A stretch of DNA of 32,000 bases from Erysipelothrix inopinata (GCF_014396165.1 NZ_CP060715.1:60001-92000), one strand, 5' to 3'; shown: positions 24,479 through 32,000, numbered from the stretch's first letter. Notes: generated from the sequence alone by a model not told the origin. Translations and numbers: made by a program.

Positions 24479-25777
24479 TTAATTGTTAGATTCTTCTTTT
24501 ACATATTCGTGATCCAATTTCTTCAAGAATGGATAGTAGATTACTATTGAAGCAATAATGATAAGAATTTGTACAAGAGCTCCTCGCCATCCCGATACTA
24601 AGAATCCAGAAATAATTGGCGGTGTTGTCCATGGAACACTCACGGCCGTAAACGGTGCCATAAATCCAGATACGATTGCGAAATAAGGAATTAATACCCC
24701 TACTAAAGGAACTACAATAAATGGAACTAACATAATTGGGTTAAACACAATTGGTAATCCATAGATAACTGGTTCGTTAATGTTAAAGAGGCCTGGCACA
24801 ACCGATACTTTCGAAATCTCTTTAATACGTGATGATTTCGCGGAAATTAGTGCAGCAATTACAAGTCCTATTGTAATACCTTGCCCACCAAATTTCGCAA
24901 AAATATCGATGAGTTGAATTGTCATAACCTTTGCATTTTCACCTACAACTAAAGCCTGTCCTGATTCTAAGATAGCTGTGTTAGATAGAGCATTTGCTGT
25001 AAGGATTGGTCCCATGATTCCCATAACAATATTTGGACCATGAATACCAGCCCAGAATAGGATCCCCATTAGGAATGTAATAAAGAGTCCACCTGCTAAG
25101 GTATCAGACACATTTTGAAGCGGTGTTTGTAACACATTGAAGATAACTTCAGTAAGTGAGGCACCTCCTAGTGCATGTGTTAAGATATGAATCAACATGG
25201 ATCCTGCCATAATTACAAATCCTGGAATTAATGCAGAGAATGCATTCACAACCCCTGTAGGTACACCTTCTGGAAGTTTAAATATAATATTCTTTTTGAT
25301 AAAGAATGTAAAGATTTTAGCCGAAACAACCCCAACAATAATAGACGTGATAACTCCGTTTCCGCCAGTCCATCCCTTAGGAATAACACCACCAATTTTA
25401 ACTCCATCAACTACTGTGAATGAGTTGGTAAGAATTAAAAATGATACCAATGCAAGAAGTGCAGAACTTATTCCATCAACTTCTTCATTTCGTGCATACA
25501 CATAAGCAATTGCGAGTACCGATGCAATGGCCAAGATGTCAAATGTAGATCCAACAACCTGGTTTAATGGGCCAGCCCAACCAGCCCCAAAGATACCAGA
25601 CATAATTGAATCCCAATTACTAATTGGAAAGTTTGCAATGAGTAAAAAGATCGAACCAATTAATGTAATCGGCATCGTTAATAAGAAACCGTCTTTAACT
25701 GCAATCATTGTTTTAGTATTTACAAATTTCATAAAATGCTCAAGTACTTTATTTAACCATGTGCTTAATTTTTCCAT
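24479..25777 (-). CDS. PTS cellobiose-family EIIC permease
   Basis: A 432-aa polytopic membrane protein with the typical EIIC(Cel) N-terminus (LNKVLEHFMKFVNTKTMIAVKDGF). Confidence 0.85.
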   Translation of the reverse strand: MEKLSTWLNKVLEHFMKFVNTKTMIAVKDGFLLTMPITLIGSIFLLIANFPISNWDSIMSGIFGAGWAGPLNQVVGSTFDILAIASVLAIAYVYARNEEVDGISSALLALVSFLILTNSFTVVDGVKIGGVIPKGWTGGNGVITSIIVGVVSAKIFTFFIKKNIIFKLPEGVPTGVVNAFSALIPGFVIMAGSMLIHILTHALGGASLTEVIFNVLQTPLQNVSDTLAGGLFITFLMGILFWAGIHGPNIVMGIMGPILTANALSNTAILESGQALVVGENAKVMTIQLIDIFAKFGGQGITIGLVIAALISAKSSRIKEISKVSVVPGLFNINEPVIYGLPIVFNPIMLVPFIVVPLVGVLIPYFAIVSGFMAPFTAVSVPWTTPPIISGFLVSGWRGALVQILIIIASIVIYYPFLKKLDHEYVKEESNN

Positions 25778-25786
25778 TTCTTCCTC

Positions 25787-27196
25787 CTATAGTATTTCCC
25801 CGCGAGACTTAATAACCTCTTTATACCAATAAAACGAGGCTTTCTTCTTTCGCTCTAAATTATGATTATGATCAACATAAACAAAACCATATTGCTTTTT
25901 AAAACCATTAAGCCAACTCAATAGATCAATAAATGACCATGCATAGTAACCACGAATATCAACCCCATTTTCGATAGCTTTTGATACCGCACGAAGATGA
26001 TCAGCAATATAGTGAATTCTTGCAATGTCCATGATTTCACCTTCAATAATTGGATCCTCATCACCCAGTCCATTTTCAGTAATGTAGAATGGCACATCAC
26101 CATAACGCTCTTTTAATAATACAAGTCCAGCAAAGAATGCTTCGGGTGAAATTTCCCATCCCCACTTTGTATAGCGACTTGTACTTAGAACCTGAGTCTG
26201 AGCGCCACCATCAAAAGTTAGTCCTCCAGCACTTCCCGTACTGTTTTCGCGACTTCGTGTTTGATACTCTGAAGAATCCGATTGTTTTACTCTCATTGGA
26301 GCATAATAATTTAACCCCATAAAATCATTGAGAGGTGCAGCCTCAAGAAGCACTTCCTTATCAGATTTCGTAATTTCAAAATCTTGGTTTCGTTCTTTAA
26401 GAATCTCTAACATTGCTTCAGGGTAACTTCCTTTCAAAATCGGATCATAAAAGAAGTAAGTATCTGTAAGATTACTGTAATCACTTGCCTCAACATTTTC
26501 TTTTTTGTCATCAATAGGAAATGCAGGATTAAATACATGGGTAATTCCAATATCACCATGCAACTTCATTTCCTTTTTATAGATAAGAACTGTTTTAGCG
26601 TGAGTTGTGAAAACATTATGTAAGGCTTGATAATAATTCTTAAACTCATTGACCATTCCTGGTGGATGCGCTCCGAAGATATAGCCGTGTCGAATAAATA
26701 CAACAGTTTCATTGAAAGTAATCCAATGTTTTACACGATCACCAAATGCTTCAAAACACACTCGAGCATAATTTTCAAAAGCATCCAAAGTTCTTTGAGA
26801 TAACCATCCCCCATCTTTTTGTAAAGATTCTGGTAAATCCCAATGATAAAGAGTCACAAAAGGTACAATTCCATACTTTAAACATTCATCAATAAGATTA
26901 TTGTAGAAATCAATTCCCTTCTGATTAATCTCGCCATCGCCATCTGGGAAAATTCGAGTCCAAGCAATTGAAAATCGATACGACTCAAGTCCCATCTCTG
27001 CCATCAAAGCAACATCTTCTTTATAGCGATGATAATGATCAACTGCGACATTACCATTTGTATTTTCAAAGGTCTTACCCGGAATTTTAGAGAAGACATC
27101 CCAGTTGGATTCTCCCTTACCATCTTCATTGTAGGCACCTTCCACTTGATAAGCAGCTGTTGCTGCCCCGAATAAAAAATCATTTTTAAATCTCAA
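25787..27196 (-). CDS. GH1 6-phospho-beta-glucosidase
   Basis: Contains FLFGAATAAYQVEG, TFNE (acid/base Glu) and ITENG (nucleophile Glu). It uses a TTG start at 27196-27194 after RBS AGGAGGTGG. Confidence 0.9.
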   Translation of the reverse strand: MRFKNDFLFGAATAAYQVEGAYNEDGKGESNWDVFSKIPGKTFENTNGNVAVDHYHRYKEDVALMAEMGLESYRFSIAWTRIFPDGDGEINQKGIDFYNNLIDECLKYGIVPFVTLYHWDLPESLQKDGGWLSQRTLDAFENYARVCFEAFGDRVKHWITFNETVVFIRHGYIFGAHPPGMVNEFKNYYQALHNVFTTHAKTVLIYKKEMKLHGDIGITHVFNPAFPIDDKKENVEASDYSNLTDTYFFYDPILKGSYPEAMLEILKERNQDFEITKSDKEVLLEAAPLNDFMGLNYYAPMRVKQSDSSEYQTRSRENSTGSAGGLTFDGGAQTQVLSTSRYTKWGWEISPEAFFAGLVLLKERYGDVPFYITENGLGDEDPIIEGEIMDIARIHYIADHLRAVSKAIENGVDIRGYYAWSFIDLLSWLNGFKKQYGFVYVDHNHNLERKKKASFYWYKEVIKSRGEIL

Positions 27197-27208
27197 ACGC
27201 CACCTCCT

Positions 27209-27227
27209 GAATGATTATAATTCATTC
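27209..27227. promoter_or_regulatory. palindromic operator candidate A (GAATGA-N7-TCATTC) between the -10 and the RBS of the glucosidase operon
   Basis: GAATGATTATAATTCATTC has 7 of 9 symmetric pairs. It shares the TCATT/AATGA half-site with 27272-27284. Confidence 0.45.
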
Positions 27228-27237
27228 CTATGTATTT

Positions 27238-27266
27238 ATATTATTGCTATCTTTGTGATATTGCAA
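27238..27266 (-). promoter_or_regulatory. sigma-A promoter of the glucosidase-EIIC-gntR operon
   Basis: -35 TTGCAA (27266-27261), 17-nt spacer, -10 TAATAT (27243-27238). Confidence 0.55.
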
Positions 27267-27271
27267 GCCTT

Positions 27272-27284
27272 TTCATTGAATGAA
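27272..27284. promoter_or_regulatory. palindromic operator candidate B (TTCATT-G-AATGAA) just upstream of the -35
   Basis: A perfect 13-nt palindrome, TTCATTGAATGAA. Confidence 0.45.
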
Positions 27285-27310
27285 TTATGTGAAAAAGGAC
27301 CTCTTAACCT

Positions 27311-27347
27311 AAAAAAAAGAACTTTCCGACTGATTATTGGGAAAGTT
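27311..27347 (-). terminator. intrinsic terminator after the RpiR gene
   Basis: The RNA is GAACUUUCC-CAAUAAUCAGUC-GGAAAGUUC followed by U8. Confidence 0.75.
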
Positions 27348-27369
27348 CGTGTCTATTTGTGATTTTGCA

Positions 27370-28209
27370 CTATCTAAGTAACGTTGACGTAGAGAGTCTT
27401 TTTTGATTGTCTTCATAATCAAATGAAAAGATAAGAGAGTAAATAAAATCTAATACTAACTGAATTGCAGTACGGGAGGAGAAAGACGCCATCTTCGTAA
27501 TCAATTCTTCTTGAGGAGCAACATGAATAACTTCCGCAGCATACTGACATAGTGGATTCTCGTTGGGTCCTGTAATTAAAATTACTTTTATTCCACGTTC
27601 ACTCAGATCCTTGATAATGCGAAGATTATTTAATCCATTACCATAATAGGAAATCATCAATGCGATACTATCTAAAGGTTGCGTATGAACTTTCATGAAC
27701 TGAAATCCTACTGCAGTCTCTAGATTACAATCACGATTGATTCGAAATAGCTTGTATTGAAAGTCCTGAGCAAGGATCAGTGACTGTCCTGTACCATAAA
27801 GATAGATATGAGGCGCCTCATACAACATTCTCGAAACCTTTTCTAAGTGTACAATATCGAGTTGTTGATACGTATCATTCATCGACTGAATGTTTAGATT
27901 CAAAATACGATTGGTAATTTCTTCTGCGGTTTGATTCTTTTCAAAAGGTAATTCATCCTGAATACGTCCCTCTTGAATTGATGCCGCTGACATTTCCCGA
28001 GCTAACTGTAGTTTAAGATCACTAAACCCATCGACTCCCAATTTACGACAAAAACGCGTAATGGTTGAAGCTGATGTAAATGTCTTATCTGCCAAAGCAT
28101 GAATCGTCATGTCTGTGATTTCTTTCGTGTGATCCACAATATACTGTGCAATTTGTTGTTCACTATTTGAGTAATGTTCAAAGTTTTTGATACGATTTAT
28201 TAAGAGCAT
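27370..28209 (-). CDS. MurR/RpiR-family transcriptional regulator (HTH_6 + SIS domain)
   Basis: Start moved to the ATG at 28209 (MLLINRIKNFEHYSNSEQ), which follows RBS GGGAGG. It has an RpiR-type HTH (ALADKTFTSASTITRFCRKLG) and a SIS-like C-terminus. Confidence 0.85.
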   Translation of the reverse strand: MLLINRIKNFEHYSNSEQQIAQYIVDHTKEITDMTIHALADKTFTSASTITRFCRKLGVDGFSDLKLQLAREMSAASIQEGRIQDELPFEKNQTAEEITNRILNLNIQSMNDTYQQLDIVHLEKVSRMLYEAPHIYLYGTGQSLILAQDFQYKLFRINRDCNLETAVGFQFMKVHTQPLDSIALMISYYGNGLNNLRIIKDLSERGIKVILITGPNENPLCQYAAEVIHVAPQEELITKMASFSSRTAIQLVLDFIYSLIFSFDYEDNQKRLSTSTLLR

Positions 28210-28278
28210 GCCAAACCTCCCTTTTTTATCTATTATACATTGTTTTCTCCAAAAATATTGTGTATAATGAATTAGCAT

Positions 28279-28367
28279 TGGAGGATTGGCCGAGCGGCTT
28301 AAGGCACCATCTTGGAAAGGTGGCGAAGTGTTATGCTTCCGAGAGTTCGAATCTCTTGTCCTCCGCC
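28279..28367 (+). tRNA. tRNA-Ser (anticodon GGA), CCA encoded
   Basis: Acceptor stem GGAGGAT/GTCCTCC and anticodon stem CCATC/GGTGG. The anticodon loop TTGGAAA gives anticodon GGA. There is a long variable arm, a T-arm GAGTTCGAATCTC, and a terminal GCCA. An extended -10 TGTGTATAAT lies about 15 nt upstream. Confidence 0.9.
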
Positions 28368-28378
28368 ATATGAAATTA

Positions 28379-28400
28379 CACCCACTTTATAGTGGGTTTT
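28379..28400 (+). terminator. intrinsic terminator after tRNA-Ser
   Basis: ACCCACT-TTAT-AGTGGGT followed by TTTTTATTT. Confidence 0.8.
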
Positions 28401-28476
28401 TATTTATACAATTTTATTTTTATAAGACACTCGATATCATTTTTCTTCTCAACAAAAAAGATGCACTCGCATATTC

Positions 28477-28689
28477 TTAAGCTTTAAACTTCTTCGAACT
28501 AACAATGTTATAAATAAATAGAACGATACCCATTATAATCAAAATTAGCCCAATAACGATGGGTCCGAGATTATCTGAGACGATAACACCATTTGCATCC
28601 ATCATCTCCGGGGTATTTAAACGATAGATGTGTGCCATAATACCACTTGCTATCAAAACACCACTAATAATATTCAATCTTTTTTTCAT
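28477..28689 (-). CDS. small two-TM membrane protein, paralog of the MurG C-terminal module
   Basis: A 70-aa protein. It shares AHIYRL..PEM.D..G.I.SDNLG.IVIG..LI..G with residues encoded by 20496-20729. Confidence 0.65.
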   Translation of the reverse strand: MKKRLNIISGVLIASGIMAHIYRLNTPEMMDANGVIVSDNLGPIVIGLILIIMGIVLFIYNIVSSKKFKA

Positions 28690-28892
28690 ATTCTTTACTC
28701 CTACTACTTATTATAATCCTTTTATAAGTTTATAGATGAGTTCTCTTAACATAACATCATTCAACACAGTTTTCGGCATTTATAATTTTCAAAAATATCG
28801 AAAATTAATAAAGTGCTATTTTCTCTACATCGGTTCCTCTTAATTATGGTAGGATGAATAGGAAGTACAACTTAAATGTGGAGGGGAAAAAT

Positions 28893-29636
28893 ATGAATGC
28901 TCTAGAACTTTCAAAGCAATTAAATTCGAAATTGACTGATATTTTTAAAGAAGATGACAGTGATTTTTTTAAAAAGTATTTTAATGAAGCGAAAAAAAAA
29001 GAAAAGGAAACTTATACGGAATCATTTTTCTCAGTGGTTAATGAAGTCATCGGAGAAAACTTTATGCGAGCATATTCAAAAGGAGACTACGTATCTTTTA
29101 CTGAGTACAGTCAGCGAGAAAAATTGACAGTTGATTTAGTTTCTTGGATATCTTTTAATGATGGTAGTACAGATAAAAATATTAAAGAAAATCTGTGGAA
29201 GTATGAAACTTTATTTGAACATGAAAACGATGGATTTACATGGCTCGATGAGCTTCAAAAACTATGTTCACTTAAATGTGAGAATAAACTGATTGTGACT
29301 TATGGCCGTTGCCCTCAGGGAAATAGTGAATATTTCAATAAGGATCGTAATGTAATACTCGGAAATCCACCTCAGACCCCTGACAAGAAGGGAGTTAATC
29401 TTCTAGATCATGCAAATAAAATTGTGAAAGAAACACTTTCACACAGTGAACAAAAGTTCATTGAGATGGCAAAGGATGATGAAAAATTTTTAGAAGTATT
29501 TCCAAATATTGTAGTAATGTTTGGTGCGGAAGTTGCGGAATTAGAGAACAATAATAAAGAGTTATCTGCTTATTTATATGATAGATATCAATATAATTAC
29601 ATACAAGAAAAATTCGTACTCATACAGGAAGATTAA
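28893..29636 (+). CDS. hypothetical protein (orphan, no family recognised)
   Basis: Start moved to the ATG at 28893, which follows RBS GGAGGGG. The 247-aa protein is acidic and Lys-rich, with no TM segment or signal peptide. The stop codon directly abuts the IS left end. Confidence 0.6.
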   Translation: MNALELSKQLNSKLTDIFKEDDSDFFKKYFNEAKKKEKETYTESFFSVVNEVIGENFMRAYSKGDYVSFTEYSQREKLTVDLVSWISFNDGSTDKNIKENLWKYETLFEHENDGFTWLDELQKLCSLKCENKLIVTYGRCPQGNSEYFNKDRNVILGNPPQTPDKKGVNLLDHANKIVKETLSHSEQKFIEMAKDDEKFLEVFPNIVVMFGAEVAELENNNKELSAYLYDRYQYNYIQEKFVLIQED

Positions 29637-29727
29637 TGACGAAAGGCACTCAAAATGATAAGCTCCCCTTAAAGTAGACACCCGAAATAAATAAAAACGG
29701 GTACTACAAAAAGGAGGAGCTTTTTCT

Positions 29728-30432
29728 ATGGGTAGAAAGAATAAATATCCAGCGGAAATAAAAGAACAAGTAGTTAAAGAATATTTGAACGGCATAAAAG
29801 GTGCAATGGAAATATCCCAAGAATTATCGATTAATCCTGGGACATTGCGTAGATGGGTGAAAAAATACCAAATCGTCGGTGTTGAAGCATTCTCATATAA
29901 ACCTCGAAATAAAAGTTATTCGAAAGAACTTAAGGAATCTGCTATTCAAGATTACCTTGAAGGACTAGGTTCTCTCGCAGATATTATTATCAAATACGAT
30001 ATAAGTTCCGATGAGGTTTTGCGTGGATGGATAAACAAGTATAATAGACTTGAAACCATAAAGGATTACGATCCTAAAGGAGAAGTCTATATGACAAAAG
30101 GTAGAAAAACAACGATTGAAGAACGTCAAGAAATTGTCGCACATTGTATTGAACATGACTACGATTATAAGGGAACAGCCGAACTCTACGGGCTTTCCTA
30201 TGCTCAAGTTTACCAGTGGGTTCAAAAATATAACGAGATAGGATATGAAGGGCTTCTTGATAAACGTGGCAAACGAAAACAAGAAGATCAACTCAGTAAT
30301 GAAGAACGTTTAGAACGTAAAATCAAACAACTCGAAAGAGAACTTGAACTGAAAGAACGTGAGAATATTCTATTAAAAAAAGTGAAGGAAATAGAAGGGC
30401 GGCGATATTCTCCAAAGCAAAACAAGAAGTAA
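29728..30432 (+). CDS. IS3-family transposase OrfA (double HTH, leucine-zipper-like C-terminus)
   Basis: A 234-aa protein with HTH segments (EISQELSINPGTLRRWVKKY and TAELYGLSYAQVYQWVQKY) and a coiled-coil LERKIKQLERELELKEREN. RBS AAGGAGGAG is upstream. Confidence 0.85.
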   Translation: MGRKNKYPAEIKEQVVKEYLNGIKGAMEISQELSINPGTLRRWVKKYQIVGVEAFSYKPRNKSYSKELKESAIQDYLEGLGSLADIIIKYDISSDEVLRGWINKYNRLETIKDYDPKGEVYMTKGRKTTIEERQEIVAHCIEHDYDYKGTAELYGLSYAQVYQWVQKYNEIGYEGLLDKRGKRKQEDQLSNEERLERKIKQLERELELKERENILLKKVKEIEGRRYSPKQNKK

Positions 30433-31391
30433 AGTATCTCGCAGTCCAAGAACTTCATCATAAACATGGTTGGAGTATTCAATGGATGTGTAAAGTACTT
30501 AAAATCGCAAGAAGTAGTTATTATAAATGGACGCACCGTGTTGAAACAAGCAATGAAATTGAGAATCATGAGCTTTGTAATCTCATTCTTGATTATGATG
30601 AAATGTTTGGACATATCTTAGGCTATCGACGAATGACAGATTGGATTAATGAGTTTAATAGAGTTCAGTACAATCCAAAGAGAATTCGAAGACTCATGAA
30701 GAAGCTGGGTGTGAAATCAGTGATTCGGCAAAAGTCTAAAAAGTATTCACGAAGCACTCCTGAAATCACAGCTGAAAATATTTTAAATCGTAACTTCTTT
30801 GCCTCTAAACCAAATGAAAAATGGTTGACAGATGTCACAGAATTTAAGATTAAAGGTTCAGGTAAGAAGCTGTATCTCAGTGCGATTATTGATCTTTATG
30901 ATTTGAGTATTGTGGCGTACCACATAAGTGATCGTAACAATAATCAACTTGTGTTTGATACTTATCATAAAGCTATCACGAGATATCCAGAGGCAAAACC
31001 TTTATTTCACAGTGACCGAGGATTCCAATATACAAGTAGGGTATTTAGAAAACAGCTAGAAGATCAAGGAATGATACAAAGTATGTCTAGAGTGGGACAC
31101 TGTATTGATAATGGTCCTATGGAAGGATTCTGGGGAACTATCAAATCAGAAATGTACTATCCTAATGAATTCAATACTAAAAGCGAGTTAAAGAAAGCAA
31201 TTGATGTGTATATTGATTTTTATAACAACAAGAGACTTCAAAAACGATTTAAAAACAAAACACCAATGATGGTTCGAACTGAAGCATTAGGATCAGAGAC
31301 ACCTATAAGTTATTCAATTCCAACCAACAAGAAAATTGAAGCTTATTGGTCAAACATTAGAGAAAAGCAAATGCAGGCGACTGTAGCATAA
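30363..31391 (+). CDS. IS3-family transposase OrfB frame (DDE integrase core), expressed as an OrfAB fusion by -1 frameshift
   Basis: The -1 frame is open from 30363. The slippery heptamer A-AAA-AAA lies at 30375-30381 in the orfA frame. DDE-region motifs are WLTDVTEF, LFHSDRGFQYTS and NGPMEGFWGTIKSE. Confidence 0.8.
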   Translation, partial: EYSIKKSEGNRRAAIFSKAKQEVKYLAVQELHHKHGWSIQWMCKVLKIARSSYYKWTHRVETSNEIENHELCNLILDYDEMFGHILGYRRMTDWINEFNRVQYNPKRIRRLMKKLGVKSVIRQKSKKYSRSTPEITAENILNRNFFASKPNEKWLTDVTEFKIKGSGKKLYLSAIIDLYDLSIVAYHISDRNNNQLVFDTYHKAITRYPEAKPLFHSDRGFQYTSRVFRKQLEDQGMIQSMSRVGHCIDNGPMEGFWGTIKSEMYYPNEFNTKSELKKAIDVYIDFYNNKRLQKRFKNKTPMMVRTEALGSETPISYSIPTNKKIEAYWSNIREKQMQATVA

Positions 31392-31613
31392 GAAAAGATG
31401 ATTCATCGTAAAGCGATAAATCATCTTGGGTATTTTATTTATTTCACCTGTCTACTTGACAGGGAGCAGTTCAAAAATTGAGTGCCTTTTAGTTTGAGTC
31501 TTGCTTAAAAACGTTACTCTAGAAGACAAAATGTTGATTGTAAAATAATTAAATAAGATGGCTTGAAAAAAATAGTCAAAGTAATAAAATGAAATTATCA
31601 GAAGGTGATGTGT

Positions 31614-32000
31614 ATGGATAAATTTGAAACACTCTCTAAAGAGAAGCAAAATAGAATTATTAATGCTGGGTTACACCAGTTTTCAAAATATGGGTATCAG
31701 AAGGCAAATACAGAAGATATTGCCTACGAAGCACACATAGCGAAAGGACTCCTCTTTTACTATTTTAAAAATAAAGAAGCATTCTATCTCTATCTTTGCG
31801 ATTTCTGTGAATCTTATTTTATGGAAGAATTCAGTAAAGGCATTGATACTACGATAACTGATTTCTTTGATTTCATCGAAGCTACAATTATATCCAAAGT
31901 TGATATTATCAAAACTTATCCTTATATGTTCGATTTCTGTATGATGCTGACATTGGCTCGACAAAAAGATAATCAAAAGGCTAACGATTTTCTTGTATCT
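31614..32000 (+). CDS. TetR/AcrR-family transcriptional regulator (5' part, runs off the window)
   Basis: Absent from the ORF track because no stop lies in the window. ATG at 31614 follows GAAGGTGA. It translates to MDKFETLSKEKQNRIINAGLHQFSKYGYQKANTEDIAYEAHIAKGLLFYYFKNKEAFY, a classic TetR N-terminal HTH. Confidence 0.8.
   Translation, partial: MDKFETLSKEKQNRIINAGLHQFSKYGYQKANTEDIAYEAHIAKGLLFYYFKNKEAFYLYLCDFCESYFMEEFSKGIDTTITDFFDFIEATIISKVDIIKTYPYMFDFCMMLTLARQKDNQKANDFLVS

Larger units (their letters stand above)
29637..31494 (+). mobile_element. IS3-family insertion sequence (IS150-like organisation), about 1.86 kb
   Basis: orfA and orfB lie in the 0/-1 frames. Imperfect terminal inverted repeats of about 55 bp share the blocks AAAGGCACTCAA, GCTCCC, AAGTAGACA and GAAATAAATAAAA (left 29642-29697, right 31431-31489 as reverse complement). 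The exact termini are uncertain by a few nt. Confidence 0.8.

Noticed and set aside
1505-26322. Other short ORFs in the track that lie antisense to or nested inside long genes: 1505-1717, 2811-3026, 3772-4057, 6078-6323, 7174-7395, 9369-9677, 12707-12925, 13392-13592, 14131-14316, 15921-16157, 16174-16434, 19114-19296, 20123-20479, 21573-22433 set, 22882-23106, 25197-25832, 25918-26322.
   Set aside because: Each lies entirely within, or mostly within, a much longer ORF with clear family motifs on the other strand or frame. None has a convincing SD, and all have skewed composition.
27262-27278. Possible CcpA cre site (ATGAAAAGGCTTGCAA on the minus strand) overlapping the -35 of the glucosidase promoter.
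   Set aside because: It deviates from the consensus WTGNAANCGNWNNCW at the central CG and one flank. This is not strong enough to call without a scoring matrix.
7512-28278. N-terminal extensions in the track ORFs (starts at 4375, 8534, 14574, 19416, 22536, 28278, 28854).
   Set aside because: In each case an internal ATG is preceded by a proper SD at 5-9 nt and gives a canonical N-terminus (lipoprotein signal, GGGTAGH and so on). The upstream ATG lies in a terminator U-tract, a promoter or a riboswitch platform.
28286-28480. 64-aa plus-strand ORF from the track.
   Set aside because: It overlaps tRNA-Ser(GGA) and its terminator, so it is an artefact of translating a tRNA gene.
29634-31497. 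Target-site duplication for the IS3 element (TGA at 29637-29639 versus 31495-31497).
   Set aside because: Using TGA as the duplication makes the two terminal repeats asymmetric by 3 nt. Coincidence of a 3-mer is likely, so the boundaries are left approximate.
28368-31500. A direct repeat of the tRNA-Ser 3' end, which would be the att site of an integrated island.
   Set aside because: I found no copy of GTCCTCCGCCA or a longer 3' tRNA segment downstream by eye, so an integrase-type island cannot be supported. No integrase gene is present either.
29574-31976. Minus-strand ORFs 29574-29795, 29965-30291, 30288-30614, 31452-31649 and 31683-31976.
   Set aside because: They are antisense to the IS3 transposase frames or to the TetR gene that runs off the window. 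The plus-strand readings have clear family motifs.

Overview
This is a low-GC, Bacillota-type chromosomal segment. The 16S 5' signature GGGTGAGTAATACATAAGCAACCTGCC looks Erysipelotrichia-like, but that is a weak inference. Most genes are on the minus strand.

Gene content in coordinate order:
- 1-495: the 5' end of a 16S rRNA gene with its promoter and leader.
- 496-8468: an ABC importer of the family usually annotated as putative Trp/Tyr uptake, with ATPase, permease and three paralogous lipoprotein binding proteins. It is interrupted by a ClbS/DfsB-like gene, a MerR/GyrI-like regulator and a uracil permease.
- 8758-14340: oligoendopeptidase F, an esterase, a DUF898 fragment and a large LPXTG-anchored GHL10-type glycosidase.
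- 14598-17484: a metallophosphoesterase followed by an OmpR-type response regulator and a histidine kinase.
- 17551-20729: a tyrosine phosphatase, a PseB/CapD-like dehydratase and a MurG-type glycosyltransferase carrying an extra C-terminal membrane module.
- 20749-22518: adenine deaminase behind a purine riboswitch.
- 22741-28209: a cellobiose-type PTS / 6-phospho-beta-glucosidase locus with GntR and RpiR regulators.
- 28279-32000: tRNA-Ser(GGA), a small membrane protein, an orphan protein, an IS3-family element with an A7 frameshift site, and the start of a TetR gene.

The most interesting signal is not in the ORF track. Each of the three binding-protein genes has its own leader. Each leader holds an SD-preceded mini-ORF (12-21 codons) with a different codon run: WSYYYYF, RWSNRRS or FFFIF. 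After each mini-ORF comes a chain of mutually exclusive hairpins ending in an intrinsic terminator directly in front of the binding-protein RBS. This looks like ribosome-mediated, trpL/pheL-style attenuation applied to an uptake system, with each paralog tuned to a different amino acid.

Other notable points:
- An identical 11-bp-phased TGTAACA direct repeat lies in front of the two-component operon and the dehydratase-murG operon.
- A divergent PyrR-like attenuator precedes the uracil permease.
- A MerR-type promoter with a 19-bp spacer precedes the MerR/ClbS-like pair.
- A short-P2 guanine-type riboswitch precedes adenine deaminase.
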